A DNA stretch of 64,000 nucleotides from Felis catus. Its lineage: Eukaryota. Every line of letters starts with the position of its first letter. Position 1 is the stretch's first letter. The stretch covers positions 57,104,001-57,168,000 of the forward strand of contig NC_058368.1 in assembly GCF_018350175.1 (NCBI RefSeq), given 5' to 3'. Both the position numbers and the translations under genes were made by a program. Below, in pieces: positions 62,156 through 64,000 of this stretch. The notes under the pieces are model-generated. The model ran no database searches, was not told the origin of the DNA, and saw only the letters and a list, made by a program, of their open reading frames with translations.

Positions 62156-62584
62156 AATAAGATCTTTCGCCTGAATATTCTATGATATTATGAACTGAGT
62201 ACAATTAGCAAATGCCAAACAAAGATTAAGTGCAAGTGACAGTCAGTTACTATATTTGATTTTTGAAAAATACATTGTAAAAAAATCTGCTTGAGACAAA
62301 ATATCTGTTGATTATCACTGATCTTTCATTTATAGATGGCAACAAGCTTGATGTTCCTCTATGATATTTATTATGGTCCCACATATGGCGGACCCTTCTC
62401 ACAGTGAATGCTGATGCCAGAAAGGAATCATAAGGAAGAAACCCTGCACCTCCTATCCGTTATTACAGCAGTACCCTGATGGATGCAAAGAAAAACTTTC
62501 AGCACTGAATAAAAATAAAAGAATGTTTTCACAAGGTACAAACTGTTTTCCATATACTCAAAAAATATAGACATTCAAGGTTAA

Positions 62585-62720
62585 TTATGTTTTCGATAAA
62601 TTGCTTTATTTTGTTAGGAAATGTTCCTTCTTATTCTGAGGGTGTTTTCCCTAGCATCTTTCAACATGTTGGATCATGTAAGTCGTTCTAACTTTTCTGT
62701 ATCATCTACAGAAATAATTC
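62585..62720 (-). mobile_element. Old L1 ORF2 fragment
   Basis: TTAGGAAATGTTCCTTCTTATTCTGAG...TTTTCTGTATCATCTACAGAAATAAT resembles antisense L1 RT-region sequence. Confidence 0.45.
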
Positions 62721-62957
62721 AGCAATGATATTAAATTATAAAGATGAAACTACAAAAAGAAGCATTTTTAAATACACTTTTCATGTAATGGAAAATACTC
62801 TGGTCCTCCTAGAGACCAGCCTCTCCCTCTTATTTTGAAACTTTTACTTTTCTAGTAGCTTAACAATCATGTGTACGTGTGTATGTGGTACTATTCTGGT
62901 ACATCCAATTTTTCACAAATGTTGTGTTCTTTCATAGCAACCTAGTCTTGGGTGGTC

Positions 62958-63182
62958 ATTTAGAGTGGCCAACTTTTTCTGTAAATGGCCAAATAGTATA
63001 TATGTTAAGCTTTGTGTGCCTTCCAGTGTCTGCGGCCACTACTCAACTCGGTCCCTGTAGGCACGCCAAAGTGGCCAAGATAAGATGCAAACGGAAGTAC
63101 ATGGCTGTGTTCTAATAAAACTTTACTAAAAAGATAAACAGCAGGTCAGATTGTGTCCACCAAACAGTTTACTGACTGCTAC
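62958..63182. mobile_element. MER58A hAT-Charlie DNA transposon
   Basis: AACTTTTTCTGTAAATGGCCAAATAGTA; CACTACTCAACTC; CATGGCTGTGTTCTAATAAAACTTTA; CAGTTTACTGAC. Confidence 0.88.
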
Positions 63183-63634
63183 CTAAAGAGTCTTTTAAAA
63201 TCTATTTCATATAATTCTTTTACTAATTTATCTGTTCATTCAGAGGTGCAGAAGGGGGAAAACGAAGCATGATAAGGGAAGAGTAATGTATGGTCTAAAT
63301 AAATGCCGCTGTCTACAATGTGTGGTTTACTAAGTAAGTAACAGTTCATCAGGTATTTGTGATCTGTAAGAGACTGAAAGGAATAAATTTGTAGAAATGA
63401 AAAGTTACCTATTTCAATCTTATACACATAGATATAAATTGAAAAACCTATAAAATCAATCAGGCTTTTCTTCAAAATTCTCTCCACATAGAAATGCATG
63501 AGGGAAATGGCTCATTCCTCAACAGATGAAAATCTATGGGGAAAACAAAGGCAATGCCCCTGGTATTGCCAGACTGCAGGGCACAGTAGCATATTGTATT
63601 GCCCTCTGCTTTCTATTGGCAATTGTTTTAGAGT

Positions 63635-63737
63635 CTGGCAATCACTGCATTTCCCTGAGCTGCAATTTCCTCACCTATGAAAGGAAGAGACTGGTTTAGA
63701 TGATATCTAAAATCCTTCAAGTTTTAAAATTCTATTA
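63635..63737 (+). mobile_element. MIR3 fragment
   Basis: TTCCCTGAGCTGCAATTTCCTCACCTATGAAA...TAGATGATATCTAAAATCCTTCAAG...AAAATTCTAT. Confidence 0.75.
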
Positions 63738-64000
63738 AATAGCAACCCATTTCTTACCTGATACCATCAGAGATCACGATGGAAATTCTCTGTCCCTTTT
63801 GTCTTTGTAATAGCAAATCTCATATTACGTTTCGCCTCATGTCTAATGCTGTCATTTCAAATAATCCTAGGCTGACTGCTTATTTCCATTTTTATAATGT
63901 TTCTATATTTTAAGTAGCTTTTTGCTTCTGTTGCCAAAGGAAAAAAAAACATTAAGGATTAACCTTCACTTCTCAATTAAGGTTTTAAATAATGCAACCT

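Overview
This is 64 kb of AT-rich mammalian genomic DNA from a felid. It carries 24 tRNA-derived Can-SINE copies of the SINEC_Fc type, three of them very young with intact CpGs. I recognise no protein-coding exon of a known gene, so the window reads as a large intron or gene desert. Old repeats dominate: a decayed ~5 kb L1M element with ORF1/EN/RT remnants, L1MC, L1MA9, L1ME and carnivore L1 3' ends, L2, a CR1/L3 RT relic, MIRs, MaLR/ERVL/ERV1 solo LTRs, and MER5/MER58 hAT transposons. Many ORFs in the supplied track overlap these repeats and none resembles a protein I recognise. The most notable oddities are: (1) an exact 21-nt piece of U2 snRNA at the deletion junction of an L1MA9 fragment; (2) a speculative plus-strand spliced transcript with phase-compatible exons encoding an ~89-aa peptide; (3) several repeat-free, motif-dense, enhancer-like blocks; (4) a SINE nested antisense in another SINE, SINEs with extra sequence inside their TSDs, a templated 22-nt insertion, a nested tandem duplication and an orphan A76 tract. 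I found no convincing novel biological system. Repeat subfamily names are from recalled consensus sequences and most old-repeat boundaries are approximate.
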